From: a virus
Taxonomy: Duplodnaviria; Heunggongvirae; Uroviricota; Caudoviricetes
Virus record (IMG/VR): IMGVR_UViG_3300029509_000119
Location: 127,909 to 169,862 of that record
DNA: 41,954 bases
Direction: 5' to 3' (one strand)
Shown here: positions 1 to 9,197 of the stretch, one piece after another
Position numbering within the stretch: position 1 is the stretch's first letter
Layout: every line of letters starts with the position of its first letter
Position numbers and translations under genes: made by a program
The notes under the pieces: model-generated
What the model was told of the DNA's origin: nothing
The model's input: the letters and a program-made list of their open reading frames with translations, nothing else
The model's database searches: none

Positions 1-1
1 C

Positions 2-1186
2 TTTAACGGTGGGGGCGACGGTTCCGATGACGGCGGCGGTTCCCAATGTTGCTTCCAGACCGATGATTCCGACGGAGCCGCGAGCACGGCGTCAGATAAT
101 GCGACGGTGACCAACTCTGTTCAGGCGTACACGGACAAATACGGTCAGGCCGCATTCGACGTTGGTAAGAAATACGGCATCCCCTATGAGGCGATTCTTG
201 GACAGTCGGCGGTGGAAAGCGCTTGGGGCGCTTCCACATTGACCACAAAATATCATAACTTCTTCGGAATCAAAGCCGTCAACGGCCAGAAGTCCGTCAG
301 CATGGGCACCAAGGAATGCAATCAGGGCGGATGTTATGACACGACCGGTGACTTCGCGGTCTACGATTCCGACGAGGATGGTTTCGCGGGTTATGGCAAG
401 TTCATCACCGGAAACTCCCGTTATGCGGCGGCATTGCGGAAGCGCACCGACCCGCACGCGTACATTCAGGAGTTGAAGAACGCGGGATATGCCACGGACG
501 GCAATTATGTTTCGACCGTTTGGGGCGTTACCCAACAGTTCATCACATACATCAAACAGAACAACAAGTTCCCGCCGTCGTCCGAAGTGGAGTTCGACAC
601 CGCCCCGCCAGCCGACACGGACGGCTCTTCCGGCGACTCTGATTCGAACGCCACCTGTCCCGTGCGCAACGGTGACGGCGGCGACGCATCCTATGGTTCC
701 GTAGGCGGCGCACCCGCCAAGGATGGCGACTTCTCTTGGATGTGCTCCGGCAATCAGAGGATTTGCGGCGCGAACGATGCGGGAGTGTTCTACCCGCATC
801 TGGAGTTCGGACACCAGTGCGTCTGGTATGCGTGGAACCGTCTTGCCATGATTCACGGCAATGAGGGCTGGTCTTGGGTTTTGGGCAATGGCGGCGACAT
901 CGCCAATAATCTGAAGGGGAAGCCGGGTTGGACGGTTGACGAGAATCCCAAGCCCGGTGATGGAATATCGGGTAGCGGCAGTCCGTTCTCCGGAGGTGGC
1001 GGCTGTGGTCACGTGGCCGTGGTCGAGGAGGTGTCCTCCGACTCGTCCGGTTGGAAGATACGTATTAGCGAGGGCAATAGGGATGGTTCGGCCTCGTTCA
1101 GCTCCTATGGTTCCCGTTGGCTGACGAAGGCTCAGCTTTCCGGCACCGACTGCCAGTTCTTCCGCAACGCCAACTGGAAGAAATGA
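2..1186 (+). CDS. Peptidoglycan hydrolase, GH73 glucosaminidase plus C-terminal CHAP domain (VirB1/TcpG-like conjugation lysin); 5'-truncated by the window edge
   Basis: The frame is open from position 2 (FNGGGDGS...). Glucosaminidase motifs: ILGQSAVESAWG, HNFFGIKA, GYATDGNY. CHAP motifs: QCVWYAWNR, GNGGD, GHVAVVEEV, ISEGN. Confidence 0.85.
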   Translation, partial: FNGGGDGSDDGGGSQCCFQTDDSDGAASTASDNATVTNSVQAYTDKYGQAAFDVGKKYGIPYEAILGQSAVESAWGASTLTTKYHNFFGIKAVNGQKSVSMGTKECNQGGCYDTTGDFAVYDSDEDGFAGYGKFITGNSRYAAALRKRTDPHAYIQELKNAGYATDGNYVSTVWGVTQQFITYIKQNNKFPPSSEVEFDTAPPADTDGSSGDSDSNATCPVRNGDGGDASYGSVGGAPAKDGDFSWMCSGNQRICGANDAGVFYPHLEFGHQCVWYAWNRLAMIHGNEGWSWVLGNGGDIANNLKGKPGWTVDENPKPGDGISGSGSPFSGGGGCGHVAVVEEVSSDSSGWKIRISEGNRDGSASFSSYGSRWLTKAQLSGTDCQFFRNANWKK

Positions 1187-1231
1187 CCTCCCCCGACTGA
1201 AGTCGGAGGTTTTACGGCACAACACATAAAC

Positions 1232-1279
1232 AAAAAAAGAGGATGGGCGCGGTTCGGTTCGCACCCATCCCCTTTTTTT
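1232..1279. terminator. Bidirectional intrinsic terminator
   Basis: GGATGGGCGCG / CGCACCCATCC stem (1241-1270) with an A-tract upstream and a T-tract downstream, between convergent genes. Confidence 0.85.
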
Positions 1280-1293
1280 GTTTTTTCGAGCGA

Positions 1294-2289
1294 CTATTCT
1301 CGCTCGTGGATGGTGTCCGCATCCTTCTCGGGGTCAAGGCCCGGAGCTTGCTGTTGGCTTTCGGTGGTGTTTCCGGCCTGAATCAAATCGTCCCACATGC
1401 TCCAATCGACCTTCCCATCCATGTCGCCCATGCTGGTCGGAGAGTTCAATACGCGGGTGATTCCGGTCGGGTTCATGCCGTTCCAATTCAATCCGCCGGA
1501 AACCGGAATGGCGACTCTGCTTCCGTAGCCGAGATTGTCCGCCACATTGTCCGGCGTCCACTGCGACAGGAATGGGTTAATCCACCAATACTGGTTGCTC
1601 CTGTATTCGATGTCGGAAACCTTGCCGTTGTCGATGGTGAGGACGTCGTCAATCCGATAGTCCCGCCATGCCGGGGTGAGGGCATTGTATCCGCCCATTG
1701 AATAGGAGTCGCCGCTGGTGACGAGGATGGAACGCACCGTGCCTTTGACTCGCACTTTGCCATTATCAAGCACGGTAACGGTCGGGTCTTTCACCCATCT
1801 GCTTCCAGTGCCCCATACTTCGTTACGCCACCACGCTTGGGCTGTGGGCATCGTATCGCATAACGACTGGTAGTCCGACGTGTTACACACGTAGGATGGG
1901 GCGTCGCTCCCCCACGCCTGATTGGTTTTCATGGAGACAGGCATGTCGGATGGGGTTTCGATATTGTCCGGCGTTCTCAATGCGGACAATACTTGGTCGG
2001 CTGGCTGTTTGGCCCACTGGTGTGGGTCTGCGAGCGAGTCCACTCCCCAATTGCGCATGTCCTTTTCCATTTGCAGGGCGATGGCCTTGTTCTGTTCCTT
2101 CTGCCCGTCGGTCAGGACAGGCTTCTGGGCTTCCTTCCCGGATTTGCTTTTCCGCGGGTGGACGCTGGCGCTTGTCTGGGCTTCTTTGACGGAGGTGACA
2201 TGCTTGCGCCATGAGCACCATCCTATGACGAGCGCCAACACTAGGACGGCCGAGATGATTATGGTTATGGTCTTTTTATCGTGGGACAT
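1294..2289 (-). CDS. Membrane-anchored extracellular protein, possibly a TcpC/VirB8-like conjugation component
   Basis: Start MSHDKK follows an AGAAGG RBS. N-terminal TM helix (TIIISAVLVLALVIGW) and a beta-rich C-terminal half. The family assignment is contextual only. Confidence 0.65.
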   Translation of the reverse strand: MSHDKKTITIIISAVLVLALVIGWCSWRKHVTSVKEAQTSASVHPRKSKSGKEAQKPVLTDGQKEQNKAIALQMEKDMRNWGVDSLADPHQWAKQPADQVLSALRTPDNIETPSDMPVSMKTNQAWGSDAPSYVCNTSDYQSLCDTMPTAQAWWRNEVWGTGSRWVKDPTVTVLDNGKVRVKGTVRSILVTSGDSYSMGGYNALTPAWRDYRIDDVLTIDNGKVSDIEYRSNQYWWINPFLSQWTPDNVADNLGYGSRVAIPVSGGLNWNGMNPTGITRVLNSPTSMGDMDGKVDWSMWDDLIQAGNTTESQQQAPGLDPEKDADTIHERE

Positions 2290-2340
2290 TAGTTTCTGCC
2301 TTCTGAGTTTAAGCAAAAGGTGATACGACATATATTCAAA

Positions 2341-2808
2341 CTAGCGGGAAATCTTGCTGCCGGTCTTCTTGCGGGGAGATTCCATGCCGTTCAGACCGTT
2401 CTTGCCGAGGCGGAGCAGGATGGTGTTCAACCACAGGACGCCCGTGGGGATGAGGTATCCGATGAGGGCGAGCAGGACGCAGAACTTGTCTCCGGGGTTC
2501 CAGCTGACATAGAGCATGGGGAAGATTGCCATGAGGATGCAGTCGATGGGGATGTCGTACAGTTTGCCTTCGTGGAAGGAACGGCGGAACGCCCAGATGA
2601 CGCATTGGGGGATTCCGATGACGACCAGTGCGGTGAGTATGTCGAACGCTCCGACCGCGATTGAGGGAATGACCGTTCCGAAGAAGTTGTTGAACATCGT
2701 TTCGAACGTCTGTCCCGTATCGGTCATGGACAGTCCTCCTATTGCTAGGAAGAAGACGCAAATCGCGTAGACGACGAACGTGCCGATTGATACGAGTAGT
2801 GTTGCCAT
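2341..2808 (-). CDS. Small polytopic membrane protein (about 4 TM)
   Basis: 155 aa, strong AAGGAG RBS, several hydrophobic segments, basic C-terminus. Confidence 0.75.
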   Translation of the reverse strand: MATLLVSIGTFVVYAICVFFLAIGGLSMTDTGQTFETMFNNFFGTVIPSIAVGAFDILTALVVIGIPQCVIWAFRRSFHEGKLYDIPIDCILMAIFPMLYVSWNPGDKFCVLLALIGYLIPTGVLWLNTILLRLGKNGLNGMESPRKKTGSKISR

Positions 2809-2865
2809 TTTGTTTTTCTCCTTTTTGTTAGGTCATAATCTGGTTCCTTATGGCTACTCTTTTTT

Positions 2866-2887
2866 TGTGGACAATCTCAGTATAGCA
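2866..2887 (-). promoter_or_regulatory. Extended -10 promoter with downstream DnaA-box-like site (copy of the repeated motif)
   Basis: Minus strand reads TGCTATACT-GAGA-TTGTCCACA upstream of the 155-aa gene. Confidence 0.55.
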
Positions 2888-3066
2888 CGAACTTAAACTT
2901 TCCACGATAACCCACTCCCCAAGACTACGACACGCCCAAAAACACTCCAAGCAGCTCCGGACTCCCCAAACGTTTTTCCCGTTTTCCAAAGGTCAACAAC
3001 AAACAATCCATTAGGGTCGTTAATAGATTTTCAACACTCGAAAACACAAGACGAATGGAGTCCCTG

Positions 3067-6000
3067 ATGGCACGGAATCGCGGTGGACGAAGCCGCAGCA
3101 GAAGCAAGGAGCCAACCCACATCTGGAGCGGATTCTGGTGCGGACTCGTAATAGCCATCGGAATCATCCTCTGGAATTTCCTCAGACTGCCTCTCATGCC
3201 GTTCATATGGCTCGGCATCCTAGTGGGAGGAACTACGGCGACCTATCCAACCCCCGCACGCAAGACCGACCCCATCGACCCGAAGAAGCTCAACGTCTAC
3301 TACCGGTGGAAGGACATGTTCTCCGGGCTGAAGCCCTACTCCCGTCCCGAAAGGGACGACGAGTTCGACGAGAATCCGGAAACGTTCGCCGACCTCATGT
3401 CCAAATCCGACTGGCTCGCCATACACCGCGTCTCATGGTGGGTCGGCTGGTTCGTCGGACTGTATGCGAGTCGCGGATGCGGATTGTGGACGATGCCGTT
3501 CAACATGGTGTTCGGCTTCATGTCGGCCATGGGCGTCATCCATTGGCGTGACAGGGTGGTTGACCGTCGTCACATCTATCAGGGCGTGAGCGTGTTCGCG
3601 TTCCTGCAAAAAGGGAAAGCGTCGCAGAAGGCCATCGCCATAACCTCTTCAACGGTTCTTCTTGTTATACTGGGGGCGTGCGCATACTTGGGGTTCGTGG
3701 ACATCCCCACCATGGTCAGCCTTCCCCCACTCCTGTTCCTGCTGCTTGTGACGAAATTCGACAAGCGGAAGCAGACCGCGTACTGGCGTGAACTCGTCAA
3801 AGCCCAACGCATGCTGGACGGTTGGGTCAAGAGCGACGACTTGGCGAAGACGTGGGGCGGGGCATACGTGACCCAAGTCAAAAAGGTCGGACACCGCAAC
3901 AATCCTATGCACGTCATGCGCGTCCGTCTGCAAGACCAGTACGACGCTCCGCGAAGCAACGAGAAAGTCCTGAAGGCCGGTGTGGAACCGTTGCGTTCCT
4001 CCGCCACCTCAAGCGGATACAATTTCATAGCCCTGCTCGCCGCCAAAACCATCAAGGAGAACGGCTGGCAGTTCGACCCAAGCCTAGTGCGAATCGTATA
4101 CGGCAAGGACGAATCCTGCATCCCCGACATCACCAAGAAGAACGTCGGAACGAACATCGCACAGCTCGTGGCGGACATCGCATACGACTACTGCGCCCAG
4201 AACGAATGGCACAAGCGTCCTCCGCTCGTTCAGGTCATCGACGCCGCCGCAGACGGCGAGGAGAACGCGGCATGGCTGATGCTGTTGCACAATCCCCCAA
4301 ACGGTGGGGCGCTCATCACCCAACTGGGATTGGAATGGCTGGCGAACCCGTTCAGCCCCGCCGACATCATCAAAATGCCGATATTCTCCGACTTGGAGAA
4401 CTCGTTCATGCTCGCCGCCCAACCCGAGACGAAGCTGAACGACAAGGGCAACAAATACCGTCCGGCTGGATTGACGCAAAACAGGTCGTTCGACCGGTAC
4501 ATCGAACTGTCCCGCCGGTTCAAAAATGAACAGAAGGCTTGGCAGGACATCGTCGGGTCGAAGCTGAATCTTCCCGTCTGCAACTACGACGAGGAGAGGA
4601 TTGTAGAGACGAGCGAAGGCTGGACGCTTTCGTTCATGCCGGAAATGCTGACGGCACCCGACCGCACGTCCGACTTCATGCGCTACGACCTATCGAGTCT
4701 CGACCCGTCCAAGGATTTCGTCGGACTCATCGAGGAGAACGGCATCACCTCGCTGGTCATGGCGGACAACGCCCCTTTGAGAATCGACCGTCTGACCGGC
4801 TCCCGTCCCGAATACCGCCGCTACGCGCAGGCGCTCATCTACAAGGCTCTCATGGACGTGATGCCATCCCGTGCGGAAGTGGTCATCGACTCCTGTCAGC
4901 AGATGGGCAAGGACACGGCCATCTGGCGTATCGGCTTCCATTTGGGCCGTGGCGGAACCGTCGCCGACGTGCGCAGGAAAAGCGCGAACATCAGCGCCGC
5001 CGTCGGTTCCGAACGAGTGTACTGGGATTGGCAGTCGGCGGACCGTGCGACCGTCTGGCTGTGCTCCAACCCGTATTTGGGCACCGACCCGGACAGCGTG
5101 GACCATTGGAAGATTCGAGCCGCCCAGAAGGAACTCATTCAACTAGCCTTGTCTGACGCTTGGGGTGTTGCCGGAGTTCAGGACAGTTCCGGTAAGACGC
5201 CGACCGTCGAATCGTTGGGCGTGCTTCCGAACAACAAGGAGGTTCTGCTCGCCAAATTCCAGATTCCGGGCGGATTGGATTTGGACAAGCCTCAATACAA
5301 TCTCGGCAAGTTCCTCACCGAAGCGAATTATCCGTATGGTCGAATCATCCAAGCCTACGGCACGGATTTCTCCATGGTGTTGGCGAAGAAGAGTCCTTTC
5401 CCGACAAGCGTCATGGCGGATTGGGAGACGGCGAAGAAGTGCGACCGTCGCAAGTTCCCGATTGGCGTGGACGATTTAGGCAATCCCGTGTACTGGGATA
5501 CGAAGACCACGCCACATCTGCTCATCAGCGGTAAGAGCGGTAGCGGCAAGTCGTCCGCTTCGCAGATTGTCATTGCGGAGGCTTTGATGAAAGGCGAGGA
5601 CATCATTCTCATCGACCCGTCGAAGGGTTGCATCGATTTCACCCAGTGGGCGAAGCCGAAGGCTCTGGCGTTCGTCGGCCTGTACCAGTTGCGTGAGACG
5701 GAGGCTGTGATTTCTTGGGCGCGTGAGGAGATGGCCGAACGCGTGCGCATCAACAACAAGTATGGCGTGGGCAACATCTTCGAACTGAATCCGGATGACG
5801 TGGAGGAGGCAGACCGTAAGCATCTGAAACCGTTGAACATCCTGTTCGATGAGTTCAACTCGTATTTGCAGGAGACAGGCAAGACCACGCAGAATCCTCA
5901 GAAGGACATGCAGATTGCCAACGACAATGCCGCCGTGTCCGCCACGAACGCTTCCATCGCCCGGACGATGAGTGCGTTAAGCAAGATTATCGTGCAGGGT

Positions 6001-6459
6001 CGTACCGCTGGCATCCGATGCATTTTCGGCGCTCAACGTTTGACGATGGACGATATGAAGAAGTACAACGGCAACGCGTTCTTCCGTTCGTTGGGACGTA
6101 TTCTCTTGGGAATGGACTCCCCCGCAGGCGTGGTCAGCGCCCAGAATCTCTCCGAAGCGAACCGCACCCAGAAGTCGTTGAAGAACGAGGATGGTCTAAT
6201 CCCGGTCGGTCGTGGAATGTACGAAAGCATGCAAGGCACTCTGATGGCCGTGCAGACATGGTATTCGGGCGGTCAGAACGAACTGGCTAAGCTCGTTGCC
6301 GACATTCCGAACCCGGAACCCATCGACTACCAGCAGTACATGCCGCGAGCGGCGGAACAGTTCACAAAGCTCGACGTGGAGGACATCAAGGAAATCTTCA
6401 CTTCCAACAACGGTTCCGAAAACGTCGAGGACGAGGACGTGGAGGAAGAGGAATGGTAA
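3067..6459 (+). CDS. FtsK/SpoIIIE-family ATPase with N-terminal TM helices
   Basis: Multiple N-terminal TM segments, PHLLISGKSGSGKS Walker A, IILIDPSKG, LNILFDEF Walker B, QGRTAGIRCIFGAQR motif, acidic tail. Confidence 0.85.
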   Translation: MARNRGGRSRSRSKEPTHIWSGFWCGLVIAIGIILWNFLRLPLMPFIWLGILVGGTTATYPTPARKTDPIDPKKLNVYYRWKDMFSGLKPYSRPERDDEFDENPETFADLMSKSDWLAIHRVSWWVGWFVGLYASRGCGLWTMPFNMVFGFMSAMGVIHWRDRVVDRRHIYQGVSVFAFLQKGKASQKAIAITSSTVLLVILGACAYLGFVDIPTMVSLPPLLFLLLVTKFDKRKQTAYWRELVKAQRMLDGWVKSDDLAKTWGGAYVTQVKKVGHRNNPMHVMRVRLQDQYDAPRSNEKVLKAGVEPLRSSATSSGYNFIALLAAKTIKENGWQFDPSLVRIVYGKDESCIPDITKKNVGTNIAQLVADIAYDYCAQNEWHKRPPLVQVIDAAADGEENAAWLMLLHNPPNGGALITQLGLEWLANPFSPADIIKMPIFSDLENSFMLAAQPETKLNDKGNKYRPAGLTQNRSFDRYIELSRRFKNEQKAWQDIVGSKLNLPVCNYDEERIVETSEGWTLSFMPEMLTAPDRTSDFMRYDLSSLDPSKDFVGLIEENGITSLVMADNAPLRIDRLTGSRPEYRRYAQALIYKALMDVMPSRAEVVIDSCQQMGKDTAIWRIGFHLGRGGTVADVRRKSANISAAVGSERVYWDWQSADRATVWLCSNPYLGTDPDSVDHWKIRAAQKELIQLALSDAWGVAGVQDSSGKTPTVESLGVLPNNKEVLLAKFQIPGGLDLDKPQYNLGKFLTEANYPYGRIIQAYGTDFSMVLAKKSPFPTSVMADWETAKKCDRRKFPIGVDDLGNPVYWDTKTTPHLLISGKSGSGKSSASQIVIAEALMKGEDIILIDPSKGCIDFTQWAKPKALAFVGLYQLRETEAVISWAREEMAERVRINNKYGVGNIFELNPDDVEEADRKHLKPLNILFDEFNSYLQETGKTTQNPQKDMQIANDNAAVSATNASIARTMSALSKIIVQGRTAGIRCIFGAQRLTMDDMKKYNGNAFFRSLGRILLGMDSPAGVVSAQNLSEANRTQKSLKNEDGLIPVGRGMYESMQGTLMAVQTWYSGGQNELAKLVADIPNPEPIDYQQYMPRAAEQFTKLDVEDIKEIFTSNNGSENVEDEDVEEEEW

Positions 6460-6519
6460 TCATCCCGCTCTTCCGGCTCGTCTTTTCCAACAATCCCAAA
6501 GGAGGGGAATTCCAGAAAA

Positions 6520-7242
6520 ATGTCGTTCATTCTAGGTGATGATATTCACGGCCTTCCGGTCGAATGGCGGCCTGAAGAAGGCAATCAGAACATGCTGACC
6601 ATCAGCGGCAATCATGGTTCGGGCAAGACCATGCTTGCGGATTCCATCATGTTGCAGGCTTTGTCCGCACAGTATGCGGTCATCCGTTTCGACTTCGAAA
6701 GCAAGCCGCTCCCCTCCCCCATCGTCAGCCCGGTTGACTATGGGGAAAAGACCGAAACGTTGGAGGTGCTTGACCGGACGGTGGCTGAAATCAGACGACG
6801 TGGAACATGCCTCGAAAAGCATGGAGTGGAAGGAGACCCGACCCCACGTCCGCTTCTGCTTGTCTTCGAGGACTTGGACACGCTCATGGAGACCGAAGAC
6901 CGATATTATCTGCGTGCCGTCGAGGAACGCCTACGGGAAGTCGAAACCGGAATCTCCGGACTGCGCGTGTATCTGGTGCTTGTATCATCCACGTTCCTCA
7001 TGGAGGAGCATTCCCTTTTGAAGAACGTCATCTCCCATAGTGGTCACGTCCACTTGGGGTACTCCCCCATTGAGGAATATGTACTCCCATCCAACAGGGA
7101 ACAGGCGAGCCATCTCATCACCCGTCTCGCCGACCACAGCTTCCAACTGCTACCCGGACAGGGATTCTACGAAGACCGGTTCGGAGCGTTGAAACCAATC
7201 AGTCAACCCCACGCATTCGAAGGAGGAAACCACAATGCCTGA
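6520..7242 (+). CDS. Small, divergent FtsK-like P-loop NTPase
   Basis: ISGNHGSGKT Walker A and LLLVFEDLD Walker B-like motif, GGAGG RBS, overlaps the next start codon. Confidence 0.7.
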   Translation: MSFILGDDIHGLPVEWRPEEGNQNMLTISGNHGSGKTMLADSIMLQALSAQYAVIRFDFESKPLPSPIVSPVDYGEKTETLEVLDRTVAEIRRRGTCLEKHGVEGDPTPRPLLLVFEDLDTLMETEDRYYLRAVEERLREVETGISGLRVYLVLVSSTFLMEEHSLLKNVISHSGHVHLGYSPIEEYVLPSNREQASHLITRLADHSFQLLPGQGFYEDRFGALKPISQPHAFEGGNHNA

Positions 7243-9163
7243 GACACGACCGAAAATCAAAATCGGATTGTCCAAAATGTTCCCTGACGGGTTCGACGCG
7301 CACAATCCCGGCGATATGATGCGTCTGACCCGAAAGATTCAGGAGAAGGCCGCACGCCAGCCTGAAAAATATGAAGGCTATCTCATCGACAGCATCAGCC
7401 CGGACGGACTCTACGCCTACATCGCTCCGATGGCTATGTCTACCGACGATAAGGAGATGCAGAAGCTTCTCACGGAGGGTATGGCGCACGGTGATGAAAT
7501 CGACGCCGCCGACTGTATGGGAGAGGCACGTCAGAAGGATACCGTCGCCCGTATCGAACTGAATTATGCCAACAGTACAGACCCGACCATCAAACATGTG
7601 TCGGGCATGACATGGAAGGTAATCGATTTCATTCCGCGCACCAGTTCCAAGAGCGTCGTGCTGTTGCAGTTGATGGACGATAAGACCATTTCGATTCGTC
7701 AACAGTTCGCTGAGGCGTTGGGTTTGCAGAAGTATCCGTGGCTCATCCGTTTGACGCCGACCGCTGAGGGTGGTTGGAAAATCCGTATCAAAGGCAATGC
7801 GGCCACGTATCGTCCCTCCAAGCATGATACGAAGATTCAGGAGACCGTTGAAATCATCGGCGGCGAGGGCTGGTTTTTCAAGGCCGACGCGGAGAACGGT
7901 GTGATAACCGTGTATCCGGGCGTGCCGCCCACGTTCCCTGCGGTCATCAACCCGCCGAAGGAGTTCTGGAAGAAAAGCGACTTGCGGCACGCCTACTTCG
8001 GCATGAAGCTTCCAGACCGTGGACGTGAGACCGGTGACCTTCTGTACAACGATTGGAAGGACGCTTCCGGCGTGCTGGTAGCTGGAGCAGCGAACGGCGG
8101 CAAGAGCGTGGTCATCAACTGTCTGGTCTATGCGGCGGTATCCGCCGGATGCCAGTTGGCGATATGCGACGACCAGTTCAAGGCCGTCGATTTCAAATGG
8201 TGCCGACCGTGGGTCATCGACCATGGTTGGGGTTGCGACAGTCAGGAATCCTGCGCGGCCACATTGCAGCATATTCTGGACTTGAGCGCCGTCCGCGCGA
8301 AGGTCATCGGACAGTACGGCAAGGAGAACTGGTGGGGATTACCCGACGACATGAAAGCCAAGTATCCGCCGATTCTGCTGGTCTGCGACGAGATTGCCCA
8401 ATGGGCGGCACCGTTGACCGTGCCATCCGGACTGTCGAAGGATAATCCCACCCGCATCAAAGCGGAATACGAGAAGGGTATCCGCGCCATGAATTATATG
8501 GCGTTGCTGAAAATCTGCCAGACGGTTCGTTTCAGCGGCATCTTCTTCCTGTATGCGGCACAGTCCGCGACCAGCCAGAACGGTCTCGACCCGAGCGTTC
8601 GCACCAATCTTCCGTCGAAGATTCTGCTGGGCGACAAGGTGAACGATACGGTTCGCGGCACTGTGCTGAACGACGCGAAGCACGCGCCGACCGTTCCCGG
8701 CTACCTTATCGAGGCGGGAGTGTCCCGTGGCTGCGGAATCGCTGAACTCGTCGGACAAGAGGCCTGCGTCTACAAGGGCTTCTACGAGGACGACCACAAG
8801 CATGGGAAAAGCTGGAGCGACATTCTCCGCGAACACATGATGGACAACAATCCTCCGAAAGGCAACGACGAGGCCGGACACTGGTCTTGGAACGACATCA
8901 TCGTAGCCGTTCCCGCCGCACTGGAGAAACCGGACGACGGTGCCATGTACGAGGATGACGACCACTCCCCCAGCAGGTTGGAAACCGAGGGCGGTTTCGG
9001 CGAGGACGGGCGCGACGTGGCCGACCGGGACAAACCGTTGAAGGGTGCCGCAGCAGCAGCCCATGCGAGCAAACTGTATGCGGCTGGAGTTGACGTGCCC
9101 CACGTGAGCGCGGTGTCCGCAGCCCGCAGTCTGGCCAAGGAATCCGCCCAACAGGGCTTGTGA
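7235..9163 (+). CDS. FtsK/SpoIIIE-family ATPase (no obvious TM)
   Basis: VLVAGAANGGKS Walker A, ILLVCDEIAQ Walker B, RFSGIFFLYAAQ, AAGGAGG RBS. Confidence 0.85.
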   Translation: MPETRPKIKIGLSKMFPDGFDAHNPGDMMRLTRKIQEKAARQPEKYEGYLIDSISPDGLYAYIAPMAMSTDDKEMQKLLTEGMAHGDEIDAADCMGEARQKDTVARIELNYANSTDPTIKHVSGMTWKVIDFIPRTSSKSVVLLQLMDDKTISIRQQFAEALGLQKYPWLIRLTPTAEGGWKIRIKGNAATYRPSKHDTKIQETVEIIGGEGWFFKADAENGVITVYPGVPPTFPAVINPPKEFWKKSDLRHAYFGMKLPDRGRETGDLLYNDWKDASGVLVAGAANGGKSVVINCLVYAAVSAGCQLAICDDQFKAVDFKWCRPWVIDHGWGCDSQESCAATLQHILDLSAVRAKVIGQYGKENWWGLPDDMKAKYPPILLVCDEIAQWAAPLTVPSGLSKDNPTRIKAEYEKGIRAMNYMALLKICQTVRFSGIFFLYAAQSATSQNGLDPSVRTNLPSKILLGDKVNDTVRGTVLNDAKHAPTVPGYLIEAGVSRGCGIAELVGQEACVYKGFYEDDHKHGKSWSDILREHMMDNNPPKGNDEAGHWSWNDIIVAVPAALEKPDDGAMYEDDDHSPSRLETEGGFGEDGRDVADRDKPLKGAAAAAHASKLYAAGVDVPHVSAVSAARSLAKESAQQGL

Positions 9164-9197
9164 GATTCCGTTTACGTAGTTTGGAGGCGTTTCGCGT

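Noticed and set aside
92..1264. 390-aa minus-strand ORF
   Set aside because: Antisense to the well-supported lysin gene and runs through its terminator.
3067..9163. Firm call as a type VII secretion system
   Set aside because: No WXG100 substrate or other Ecc/Ess components are recognisable in the window; kept only as an analogy.
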